This document shows, piece after piece, positions 1 to 10,600 of a stretch of DNA of 64,000 nucleotides (position 1 is the first letter of the stretch; every line of letters begins with the position of its first letter). The translations under genes were made by a program, and so were the position numbers. The DNA lies in assembly GCA_012295275.1 (NCBI GenBank), contig CM022677.1, positions 2,914,001 through 2,978,000 on the forward strand. The letters run 5' to 3'. The DNA comes from Chrysomallon squamiferum (taxonomy: Eukaryota > Animalia > Mollusca). The notes beneath the pieces are model-generated. The model saw nothing but the letters and a program-made list of their open reading frames with translations, was not told the origin of the DNA and did not search any database.

Positions 1-153
1 CTGTCGTAACTGACTGTCTGAACGATTGTTTCGTTGCTCTCATTTGGCTCGCGCAGAAATCCCGTTTAAGAGTATAACTATAGTTACTAATATTTTCATT
101 AATTTTGTAAATAATATTTTAATCAATTTATATTGTAATCGTGTCAAGATATA

Positions 154-207
<54 letters not shown>

Positions 208-783
208 ATATTTCTCTCTACAGTAAATTTTTATTTTTATTTTAGGCAAAATGAGTTTATATTTTACATGAGTGTTGTAATTTTTATTACCCAGACTGTG
301 ATGTGAAAAGAAACAAAACGGTGTGAAATAAAAATAAGACATGAATTAAAATGTAATAAAATGAAATGAAATAAAATAAAATAAAAAGTACATTAAAATG
401 TAATAAAATAAAATAAAAAAATAAATGAAATGAAATGAAATGAAATAAAATAATAGTAATAATAATAATAATAATATTAATTATTTAAAATAAATAAAAT
501 AAAATGAAATTAAATAATTTATGTTCATAAGTTTGTGCCTTGGTAAACTGTCCATTCAGAATTTGATTTTAATAAAAATTCAAGAAATTATATCATTGAT
601 TAAGAATATGTTTTCTTGTTGACTACAATATTTTTATAAATAATTCCCATTCCAAGAGAACTCTTCATAAGACTGGACAAAAACGTGCGTACATTTTTAC
701 TGATAAATGTAGCTGGTTTCCTCTAGGAATAGGAATAGGAAAAAAATTAACGTGCTAGTCAGAGCAAGCTGTTGTGAAGCATG

Positions 784-833
784 TCTGCGACGGGCACACT
801 TTCTGACAGGTCAGCGGGTGTGTCCGTCGCAGA
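784..833 (-). other. 16-bp stem-loop at the 3' end of the retroelement
   Basis: 784-799 tctgcgacgggcacac pairs with 818-833 gtgtgtccgtcgcaga (15/16), with a small inner stem ctgac/gtcag. Confidence 0.8.
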
Positions 834-1023
834 AAAGAGTTTTGGGTAGGGAAAAGAATGGATTCTCGCCACGATTGCAGGACACAAGGAAGTGTCCAGC
901 ATATCGGATCGTAACGAGTCGGTACGGATGTATCGCAGCCGCAATCCGCCCCCCTTGATATCCGGCACAATCTCTCAGCCATCACCGGGTCTGTGTTGTT
1001 TGCCGTCCTGGTTGTTCTGCTCT

Positions 1024-1122
1024 TGGCTGCTGATGTTGTTTCTTTTTGGCTGCTGATGTTGTTTCTTTTTGGCTGCTGTTGTTGTTTCTTTTTTTGGCTG
1101 CTGTTGTTGTTCCTTTTTGGCT
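1024..1122. repeat. ~22-bp tandem repeat (ggctgctgatgttgtttctttt), 4-5 copies, in the LINE 3' region
   Basis: Repeated units visible directly. Confidence 0.8.
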
Positions 1123-1153
1123 ACTTCCTTATGGTCCACGTGGTCCAAACCTG

Positions 1154-1196
1154 TTTTTTTTTTTTTTTTTTTTTTTTTGCCAATGGTCTTTTTATT
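1154..1196 (-). terminator. AATAAA signal followed 12 nt later by an A25 tract, internal to the LINE insertion
   Basis: Plus strand shows T25 at 1154-1178 and tttatt at 1191-1196, just downstream of the ORF2 stop at 1262. Confidence 0.6.
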
Positions 1197-1261
1197 GTTT
1201 TAAAAGATATTATTAAAAAAAACCTGCAACTAAAACAAATAAGAACATAAACGTAGTTAAC

Positions 1262-4202
1262 TTATTTGAATGGTTGGATCTCTGTTTTGTCAGTTTCTCT
1301 TTTTATCAGGAAAGGTGTGTTTATTGTTGGTTTTCTTTCTTTGTGGTATGCCGGCAGTGGCATTTCACCTATTCCTGTTTCCCTTTCGATTTCGCTAGCT
1401 GTTGTCGGGAAATTCGATAGTAGTAGACTATGCGATTTGAAGAGTTGTCCTATCCTTTGTTCATCGGGGACCAGATCCTTGACCGGGTGGTCTGTGTTGA
1501 GTGTGTGTATTCTCAGGCTGTATTTTAGTAACTGCAGCTTTCTTATGTATTTTAATGGTTGGATGCTGTATTCAGACAGGAGGCTGTCAGATGGTGTTGT
1601 GTTTGGCAGGTGGCCGATCACCCTGAGGGCACTTGATTGGATTATATCTAGTTTTTTAAATAGAGTTTGGGAGCATTCGAGTAAGCCGTGGCTCCGTAGT
1701 CGAGCCTGGAGAGAATACACGCTTTGTGTATCAAAATCAGCGTTGACTCGTTTGCTCCCCAACTGGTTCCAGAAATTAACTTTAGAAGATTGATTGTTTT
1801 TTTGCAGGAGGCAATTATGTTGTGTATGTGGCATCGGAAGTTGAGTTGACTGTCGAATGTCACCATTTGAATGTCTTTGTTTGTGTTATGAAGTTGTTGT
1901 CGATGTTGAGAGTGATCTTGCTGTTGTCTGATTTCTTGTTGAAAAGGAGGCATGTCGTTTTCGAAAGAGAAATCTTTATGCCCCTTTTCAACGCCCAATC
2001 GTTTATGTTGTTTAAGTCTTTTTGTATTTGTTTCTGTATTGCTGCGGTCGATCTTCCTGCCCGCCAAAAGGCACAGTCGTCTGCAAAGAGTGCTATATTT
2101 ATCGGCTCCTTTGGCGGATTTCTGTCGTTGTCTTGTTGGTCGAGTGCTGTGACGATATCGTTCATGTAGATGTTGAAGAGTGTTGGCGAGATCACGGATC
2201 CTTGTGGGATGCCGTTTTCGATTGTCGTTTTCTCTGAGGTGTGACCGTTCACTTTGACTGCTATGGATCTGTTGTTAATAAAGTCTTTGATAAAGTTGAA
2301 CATGTTGCCTTTAATGTTGTTATTTATTAATTTAACAAGCAGTCCTTCCCTCCATACCATGTCGAATGCTTTTTCAATGTCTAAAAAAACTGCTATGACT
2401 TTTTTTGATTTTCGAAAAGATTGATTAATTGATGTATGCAGGCGTGTGATCTGGTCGTTTGTGCTGTGTTTCTTCCTGAAGCCGCTTTGAAATTTGCTGA
2501 TTAAATTGTTGTCATTTAAATGCTGGTTCAGGCGTGTGTTGATCATTGTTTCGAAAGTTTTACACATGTGTGACGTCAGCGTGATCAGCTGTTGGGTAAT
2601 GAGTGATCTTTGTGTGGTTTGGGCAAGCTGAAACATTCGGCGTGTTTCCAATTTGTTGGAATCTTGCCGGTGGTCCCTATTGTGTTGTAGAGATCGAGTA
2701 TGACGAGTAGGGTTTCGTCTGGTAGGTGTTGTAGTATTGTGTAGCTTATTTTATCTGGCCCTGTGGCTGTACTTTTCTTGTTTTTGAGTGCATGTTTTAA
2801 TTCACTGATGTTGAATAGTTGATTGTATTTTCTGTTTTCTGTGTCTGCGGAGTGTTTGCCGATTGCTTGGTTGTCCAGTTGTTTCTTTGTGAACTTCAGT
2901 GGGAAGTTCGAATTGCTGCTGGACTTGGCGAAGGTTTGGCTGAGTAGGTCCGCTTTTTGCTTGTCAGTGAATGCGATGTTGCTTTTGCCGAGAGTGTTAA
3001 TTCTGTGGGGTTTTTTTCCTTGAAAGTTTTTTGCTTTGGCCCACATGTCTTTGACTGATGTTTTGTGGTTGATGTTGTTGCAAAAAAGTTCCCAGTGTTC
3101 TTGTTTCGCTGTGAGTATTAGGTTGGAAACTTCTTTTTTTGATATTTTATATTTTTCATGCGTAGAATGATTTCTGTCTTTTTTATATTGTCTTCTGTAT
3201 TTGTTTCTCTCCTTGCATTTCTTTTCTGTGCGTTCCGTCCACCAGGGAGTGGATATTTTGCCGGTGCATTTTCTGGTTTTGGGTATGTATCTGATTGCAA
3301 TGGAGTGTATCGTGTTGGTGAGTGATGCGCAGTAGGCGTCGATGTCGTTGAGGTTCTGCGTGTTGATGTTTCTGCATGCTTTGTAGAAGCCTTCCCAGTC
3401 CGCTTTGTTGAAGTTCCACTTGGATGTGAAAATGGATCTGTCTGAGAAGGTGTTCTTGCTGTTGTAGTTGGTGAGTATCGGGTGGTGGTTGCTGTTTAGC
3501 TCATCGAGCACTTGCCATTCGGAGAGTGCTGCGATGTCCTTGCTTGTGAATGTTACATCAATGGCGGTTTGGCCACCATTGATGTCGCTGGTGTATGTGA
3601 ATGTTCCATCGTTCAAACAGACCAGCTGGTTTTGTTCCAGGAAATCTTCGAGGACGATTCCAGGGCTGTCGTCTGTCGAGCCACCCCATAGGGTGTTGTG
3701 ACAGTTGAAATCGCCCACTATAATGACCTTGTTCTTTGTTGTGATCATTTTGTTTTATGGTGTGTAGTGCGGGAGTGGGTGGGCTGTATATGTTAATGAT
3801 GTCGATGTTTTGATTGTTGTTGTGTATTGTGATGCTTAGTATTTCTATGTTGGCATGAACTTTGGCTTGGTTCAGCTTGGTGTGTGGAATGTCTTGTTTG
3901 ACGAGAGTCATGATGTCTCCCTGGGTGCTGTTGAATCTGTTGACGTAATGACTTTGGTACCCGGGGACCGTAAAGGTTTTTGTTGTTTTGTTGTTTTTGT
4001 TGTAATGTCCCAGCCATGTTTCTTGAATACATATTATGTCCGGTGTGTTTGTAGTGGAGGCCAGGAAGTGTAGTAGTTCGTCTCCGTGGCCTGTTGAGTG
4101 AAGGCCTTTGGCGTTCCATTGAAGAACGGAGAGACCTGTGTTCTTGGCGTGCTTGTCGTGAACAGTTTGTAAATGGTTGTTACTGTTTTGTTTTGTTTTT
4201 GT
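1262..4202 (-). pseudogene. LINE ORF2 (APE endonuclease + reverse transcriptase), broken by about 4 frameshifts
   Basis: APE motifs LQWNAKG, ICIQETWL, IVGDFNCHN, AIDVTF and SNHHPI. RT motifs GPDKI, QSGFR, FLDIEKAFD, GIPQGSVISP and LFADD. Post-RT motifs SWGA and SRLDYG. Frame changes near 3750, 2587, 1865 and 1650. Confidence 0.95.
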
Positions 4203-4520
4203 TCACTGTTTTGTCTTTGTGGAATTTCTCCTGTCTGTGTGTAGTTTTAGTCTTTTGTCGTTTGTGTGTATTTTGAAGCCCAAGCTGTCTTCAATTATCT
4301 GGGCTACTGTGTATTCCAAATTGGCTTCATCATTTGTGTTTCCTTTATTGGTCCTGATGTTCTGAAGCTCAATCAGGAGGCAGACAATGATTTTGTGGAT
4401 TTCTGCGATCCTGACCTCCTTGTCGAGATTGTCTTTTGGTTTGTCGTTGTGTTGATTCATTTTTGTTTCTATAATGGTTTTGGTTTTTTCTTCTATCTTC
4501 TGGCATTTTTTGTTGACGTT

Positions 4521-5681
4521 TTATAAGGTTTTGTTGTCTCTCCTATTGTGTTCAAAGTTGTTGTTTGCTTTTATTTTTGCTGGGCACATCTTGTAGTGTG
4601 ATTCATGTGGCCCCTGACAATTTGCGCATTTTGCCAGAGACAGGCATAGGCCTGAGTTTCTGTGGTGATTTCCACCACAGAAACTGCATGTTAAGTGTTT
4701 CGGGTTGTTTCTGTGGGAGCACTGGTTTGTGATGTGCCCCCATTTCTGACAGTGGCCGCACTTGGGCAACTGCGGTCTCATTTCTGCCAGTGTGTATTTA
4801 TACCTATCAATGGTGATGGTTGTGTTTATTAGTTTTGTGTTAAATGTCAGTGTGGTCCAGTAGTTTGGCTTTCTCCACATTTCCACACCGACTAGAGTTG
4901 AGTTTGTTTGTTCTACTAGTTCTTTGTTGAATATTTCAAAGAAATCTAGTTTGTTTGCATGTGGGTAATAAAAACCCAAATCTTTAGAGATATATTTGTA
5001 TATTGTTGTCTCTTTTGATTTTGTTGTGTGTTTAGGTTGTTGTTGTTGTTGTTTGGTAGTAGGCGTTTGTTTTGGCTGCGGTGTTGCAAGTAGTGTTTTT
5101 CTGGGTTGTGGTGTGGGTGTTTTCTGTGTTTGTTTTGTGTCAGGGATTAGTTTTGCTAAAACTCTGACGACAAATGTTTCGTCCCAGATTGTGATGTTGG
5201 GACCGATTGTTTTAAGTGTTTTTGTGTCTACTTCGAAGTAGATTTCTTTTCCGTTATTGTTTTTGTTGACTTTTGTTGTTTTGTCCATAATGTGTATTTG
5301 CGCTTCTATTAAATAGCGCAACTGTTTATCAATGTTTGTGTAATTTTTGTTGTGAACTGCGATGGTGGTTCGGCTGTGGGTGTGTTTTGTTTTTTTTCTT
5401 TTTGTAATTTTCCAAGCGGTTGGTTCGCTTTCATCTTCGCTGTCCGTTTCCCTAAGCCTTGCCAAAATGTTGAGATTTCTGTTAATAATTGTTTGTTCTT
5501 CAGTTATTTCAGTTTCGGAATGTGTGTGTTGGACTGTGTTATCGATTTTTTTCTTTTGTTTCCTGTTTAGTGTTTTATCGACGGAGCTAGGGCTCCTGTC
5601 CCTGGGTCGTTTTGGAACCCTAGTTTCCATCTCCGAGGTATCGATTCCCGAGCTGTAAATGTTGATGTTTTTTGTTGCCAT
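4521..5681 (-). CDS. LINE ORF1 (gag-like nucleic-acid-binding protein, 386 aa to first stop; frame stays open to 4203)
   Basis: First ATG at 5681 (MATKNINI). Knuckles CGHCQKWGHITNQC, CSFCGGNHHRNSGLC and CANCQGPHESHYKMC. After the TAA at 4521-4523 the same frame reads NVNKKCQKIEEKTKTIIETKMNQHND... to a TGA at 4203-4205. Confidence 0.9.
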   Translation of the reverse strand: MATKNINIYSSGIDTSEMETRVPKRPRDRSPSSVDKTLNRKQKKKIDNTVQHTHSETEITEEQTIINRNLNILARLRETDSEDESEPTAWKITKRKKTKHTHSRTTIAVHNKNYTNIDKQLRYLIEAQIHIMDKTTKVNKNNNGKEIYFEVDTKTLKTIGPNITIWDETFVVRVLAKLIPDTKQTQKTPTPQPRKTLLATPQPKQTPTTKQQQQQPKHTTKSKETTIYKYISKDLGFYYPHANKLDFFEIFNKELVEQTNSTLVGVEMWRKPNYWTTLTFNTKLINTTITIDRYKYTLAEMRPQLPKCGHCQKWGHITNQCSHRNNPKHLTCSFCGGNHHRNSGLCLSLAKCANCQGPHESHYKMCPAKIKANNNFEHNRRDNKTL

Positions 5682-6135
5682 GTTTGTTGTGTATGTATGG
5701 GTTGTTGTTGTTTTGTGTGTTTTTATAAAAAAATATATCGGTTTCAATAATATATTTGAATTGCTTATTATTATTATTATTATTTTTTTTAAATATATAG
5801 ACAATTCTATATTAATTCAAAAAAGACTAAAGCTGAACGCAACTCACTTTCAGATCGAGATAAAGATAAAAGATATATCGGTTATTTGAGATACCGGAAA
5901 GTAAAAGAAAAAAGTAGGGTTATATACTGTTTTCAATTTGAAATTTTCTTTCTTGTTTATTTATTATTTTAATTCTTTTTATTTATTTTTATTTACATAT
6001 TTATTTGTTTTTATTAATACAATTATTTATTTACTTATTATTTATTTTTATTTATTTATTTATTGATCTATTTTATTATATTTTATTTTATTTTATTTAT
6101 TTAATTTCTTTAAATTATAATTTCTATTTTTTTAA

Positions 6136-6177
<42 letters not shown>

Positions 6178-6627
6178 CAATTTGTTTGTTACAATACCAT
6201 TCATAAAACTAGTGTTTAACTGAGAATCAGTTTATCTGATAAATATCTGTGTCTGGCAGAGTCTTTAGACTAAACAAACTTGTAAAAAAATATTAATATA
6301 ATCTTTGGTTATCTTCATAATTGAAAACATTAACATAATAATTTTAATATCTATCAGTAGTTTAAGATAAAAATGATAATACTGTGGAATATTACGGCTG
6401 TTGTTAATGTTGTTGCTGGGGCTTTTTTATTACTGTTGTTGTTGTTGTTGTTGTTGTTATTAATATTATTATAATGTTGTTGTTGTTGCTTTTATTATTA
6501 TTATTATTATTATTGCTGGTTTTATTATTATTATTAAAGTCCTTTAGATATTTTCAGTGAAAGAAAGCCTATTATTCTTATAATTTTCAGTTAATAAATA
6601 AAATTTTAGCAATTGTTACCTATTTAT

Positions 6628-7041
6628 TGGTTTATCTAAATTGTTTAGATGTTACTTTGTGTTTTGCAGTGCTGGAACACCCCATATCTTCCCACAGTTT
6701 ATCTAAATTGTTTAGATGTTACTTTGTGTTTTGCAGTGCTGGAACACCCCATATCTTCCCACAGTTTATCTAAATTGTTTAGATGTTACTTTGTGTTTTG
6801 CAGTGCTGGAACACCCCATATCTTCCACAGTTTATCTAAATTGTTTAGATGTTACTTTGTGTTTTGCAGTGCTGGAACACCCCATATCTTCCACAGTTTA
6901 TCTAAATTGTTTAGATGTTACTTTGTGTTTTGCAGTGCTGGAACACCCCATATCTTCCACAGTTTATCTAAATTGTTTAGATGTTACTTTGTGTTTTGCA
7001 GTGCTGGAACACCCCATATCTTCGACACAGTTTATCTAAAT
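6628..7041. repeat. ~66-bp minisatellite, about 6 copies (about 2 copies in copy B at ~47700-47840)
   Basis: Unit acagtttatctaaattgtttagatgttactttgtgttttgcagtgctggaacaccccatatcttcc. Confidence 0.95.
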
Positions 7042-7630
7042 TAACTGAACAAAGGTCATGCCATCTCTCTGCTGAACTAATTGTTTTAGTTCTTTCTTCA
7101 GATTCTCACATTTTCAGAAAATAGCTGTGTTTTCCTGTACACTCTATCTGTAATTCAGACAAACAGTAAGAGAAATTCTGTCATTGATTTGCCTTCCTTC
7201 TGTGATCAATCAAAAAATAACTTCTGAAGTTCATGCCACTGATTATCTGTTTTCAAAACTCTTATGCAGAACATTCCAGACCACTTCTGGATTCTCTTGG
7301 TCTTGTTTTGACCTCAACCTAATTTCTTCTTTTGCTTCACCTTCTTTTGCTCAAGTGAGCTGATATAAAACTAGCCTGCTCCTTTTCTGCAAGGTTCTGA
7401 TGTAGAAATGTCCTTTCTACCTGATCCTGGAAATCTCTAAATTTGAGGCCATTGTCTGACCCATTAAATTTACTCACCTTTATTTCGTTTCTGACATAAA
7501 ATAAACAGGTTTAGTGCTTTCACCTTGTTTAGGACTCAGCAACTCCTCATTAAGTCACTGAGTCACAGCCTTTCTTCCTGTAAAGCAGCCTGCAACTCTG
7601 ATCTTTAACTTTTTAGTTTTCTCCATTTTG
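7041..7630 (-). mobile_element. Decayed Gypsy-type LTR retrotransposon gag (capsid) fragment
   Basis: Manual translation across stops and frameshifts gives KVSKFNGSDNGLKFRDFQDQVE..EQASFISAHL..GEAKEEIRLR..NPEVVWNVL..LQKLFFD.SQKEGKSMTEF..LKKELKQLVQQRDGMTFVQL, which fits the pattern I recall for animal Gypsy Gag. Confidence 0.65.
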
Positions 7631-9093
7631 CAAAGCTTTATAAATTAAAGTCAGTTTGGGAATTCTAAGTGATGTGTTACAAAAGCAAGTTATTCCATGC
7701 TCATGCCAGCAGCCAGTAATATATATATATCTGTCAGTTTAAACTTTTATTTAAATTAGTATTTTAATTTATAGTGTTTTTTAAATACAAATTTACTTTA
7801 CTTGGAATTCATTATTACACACTAAGTGAAATAACAAAATCATTCATTTCTACTAACTTTGTTTTAATTCAGTATTTCAAGATTTAACTATCAGATTATA
7901 ACTGACCTCTCCAAGAATCTTTGTTTTAAATTCACTCCAGATGCACTTAATTGCTGCCACTCAAGGCTGTTTACCTCACATGTTATCTAAGCCAAGGCTA
8001 CTGACCATCACTGGACATTACTGGGTCCACACATGTAAACAACTGGTCATGTGAAAGTCAGCTTTACAGTCACAGGCCAAGCATCTTTATGTGATTATAG
8101 GGAGATTCCTCGGATCATAATTTTCACAATTTCCCCATTAATCCCCAGTTACTCATATCAGTTTTAGCTTACATATTATAGTGTTAAAACAGTTTGACTG
8201 AGGGAATGCCAGTATTGTTCAGTTAATTAATACTAAAACTTTATGTAATATAAAACTCTCACTTGTCATTCATTCACATTCAAACATTTCACAGTCACCC
8301 ACCTTTCACTGTTTGTGGCCAATAATAACAATTTACATTTAAAGACAAAGTGAAGCAACACAACAAAATAGCAACACGATCCTAGAATCAGTCTGTTAAT
8401 TATCCTGATTATCCACCAGCCAGTTTATGTTGTAATCTCACTTCTCAGTGGTAATAACTGCATTAACAATGGTTCTGTCATAATGAAGTTCATTAATGTA
8501 TTTTCTGTGATAATTATCCCTTTCTTTCATTTTCCATCAATGATCTTCAGTTTGACTTCATCTGCATTTTTCTGGAAAGTTCTCTGACTGTTCTTATTTC
8601 AGATTTAACAAACTCTCTGTTTTTAAATTTGTCTGTGAACTTAAACAACTGACAATCCTGTTTGTGGCCGGGTGCTTACAGGACCTCACACAAAAACAAC
8701 ACAAGTTCCTTTTCAATTACATCTTTATTTCCTCTGCCAATTTATACTTCATGATATAAATAACAATATAATCTTATACAAGTATAGTAATCACAATGCA
8801 GAGAATTGTCTCAAACATCTTTCTCCCTTGCCAGATATTCTCTCTACTCTCTTGAACTCTCTTTCACTGCAGTCACACAGATAACATTTCACACCACTGA
8901 CCAATACTAGCAGACCATTACTGTCCTGGGTTCCTTAAGAAAGCACCAGTGTCAGTGTTTACCCTATATTAACATCCCAGGTGTCTTGGAGGAATTTCCC
9001 AAGTACTTTACATCTAAACAACCAGAAATAAACCTCAAACATGTTAATGGTGTTGATGTATCTTTAAATTGTGCTTTTAGTTCAGTCCCTCAC

Positions 9094-9145
<52 letters not shown>

Positions 9146-9447
9146 GCTAACATAGTAGGATAGTGATAATAAAAGCTAATGTAGTAATGAGTTATCATAG
9201 CTGTAGTTGTAGTAGGTAGTAGTAGCAGCAGTAGTAATAACTAGTTTAGTAATAGTAGTAGTAGCAGCAGTATTAATAATAATAACTAGTTTAGTAATAG
9301 TAGCAGTAGTAGCAGTAGTAGTATTAATAATAATAGTAGCTATGTAGTTTTAATAGAGTGCAGTAGGAACAGTTCCTGCTTCCTCACATTTTAAATTTGA
9401 AATTCTAGTTTTTTAAACATTGTTTTATTAATATTGTTTCCTATCAG

Positions 9448-9988
9448 GGAAGGAAAGACTATTGTCAGTGTTATCAGTTGTTGGGAAGTCATCACCACTG
9501 ACAACGTTGTATCTTAACAACCAGAAGAAAAACTTACAAGAAAATGAAATGGAAGAACTTTTCACAAAGGTGGCTCCTGCCATTGGTAATAAATAAATTC
9601 ATTTTAAAAAATAGAACAACAAAAATAATAAAAAATAATCAATAATAAATAAATAAATAGCCTAAACCTAATCCTCACCCTCGTCCTAACCCTAACACTA
9701 GTCCTAACACTAGTCCTAACACTAGTCCTTACCCTAACTCTAACCTAAGCTAATCCAATGGTAAAAATAAGAAAAAATAAGGAATACTAAGTAAAAGGGT
9801 TTATTCTTGTCAATGCTGTTGTTCTGTTGATTTCTTTTTAAATTATTTATATAAACGTAATTAATTTCAAGGTCTCACTGTCAAGAAGTCAGGGGAGAAA
9901 ACTGAATCATCTTGAATTGTCTCCCTTCAGTTGCAGACAGCTGCCTGATTAAACTGACAGCACCTGGAGGACATCCTGGTAAACAGAA

Positions 9989-10019
<31 letters not shown>

Positions 10020-10600
10020 CAGTACTAATAGTAGTTGTTTTTAGAGAAATGATAAATGTAACAAGAAGAGTAGTGTAACAGCAGCAATAGTAGTAGTAAC
10101 AGTAGTCATAGTTGTTGTTGTTGTAGTAATTATACTGATATTAGTATAAAGAATCAGGCATAGGACTAATAGTGAAAAAATAACAGTAACCCTACCTGAA
10201 TAAGGAATAATAGTAAATATTAGTTACAGTAATGATGGTAATAAAAGTAGCATGTGATGATGCAGTAAATGTAGTAGTAGCAGTATTTTATTTATTTTAT
10301 ATTTTTTACTGTATTTTATTTATTTATTTACTCAAACCAGGCAGTCACCCACCAGTGTGACTCTGACTCAGAGCTGTTGAAAGGTCTGCTGATGAAGAGC
10401 TCAATTTTGGTGTCCTGGACATTGAAGCTGACCTCATCAACAATTCTTAAGTTGGAGAGTCTTACACCAGGTCACCAATCTCAACAGTCAAATGTCAGGA
10501 AGAAAAAACTTGAAGAACTTGAACTGCTAAAACCAGCCAAAGAAAGACATTGTGCGTGACAGTGACAAAGACAAAAGCCTGGAAGTTGAGCAGCAGGTGA
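9448..10600 (+). pseudogene. Unidentified spliced pseudogene, at least 3 exons (9448-9585, 9872-9978, 10341-~10597)
   Basis: AG/GT boundaries with compatible phases give KERLLSVLSVVGKSSPLTTLYLNNQKKNLQENEMEELFTKVAPAIG|LTVKKSGEKTESS*IVSLQLQTAA*LN*QHLEDIL|AVTHQCDSDSE. A further exon is possible at ~11255-11349. Confidence 0.5.

Larger units (their letters stand above)
725..5911 (-). mobile_element. Full-length but disabled non-LTR retrotransposon (LINE), I-group-like (I/Nimb/Jockey-related)
   Basis: Gag-like ORF1 with three CCHC knuckles, APE endonuclease and RT motifs, and a (TTCCTA)n-like 3' tail. Boundaries are defined by the empty site in the paralogous copy (ggtttcctctctagcaagtagggtt, ~46921-46945). 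Clade assignment rests on remembered motifs only. Confidence 0.95.

Noticed and set aside
784-833. Possible hammerhead or HDV ribozyme (ctga...gaaa)
   Set aside because: The CUGANGA core and three-stem or pseudoknot topology are not present.
900-990. Possible tRNA-derived head in the 3' module (tggctgagag A-box-like, gttacgatcc B-box-like, minus strand)
   Set aside because: Both boxes are imperfect, I could not build a cloverleaf, and the segment is not at the module's 5' end.
1266-1793. Plus-strand 175-aa ORF and other ORFs antisense to the LINE
   Set aside because: Shadow ORFs of the minus-strand ORF1/ORF2 with no independent motifs.
8663-9094. Possible solo LTR (minus strand tgtg...caca with an internal AATAAA)
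   Set aside because: No TSD, PBS or second LTR was found; the termini could be chance.
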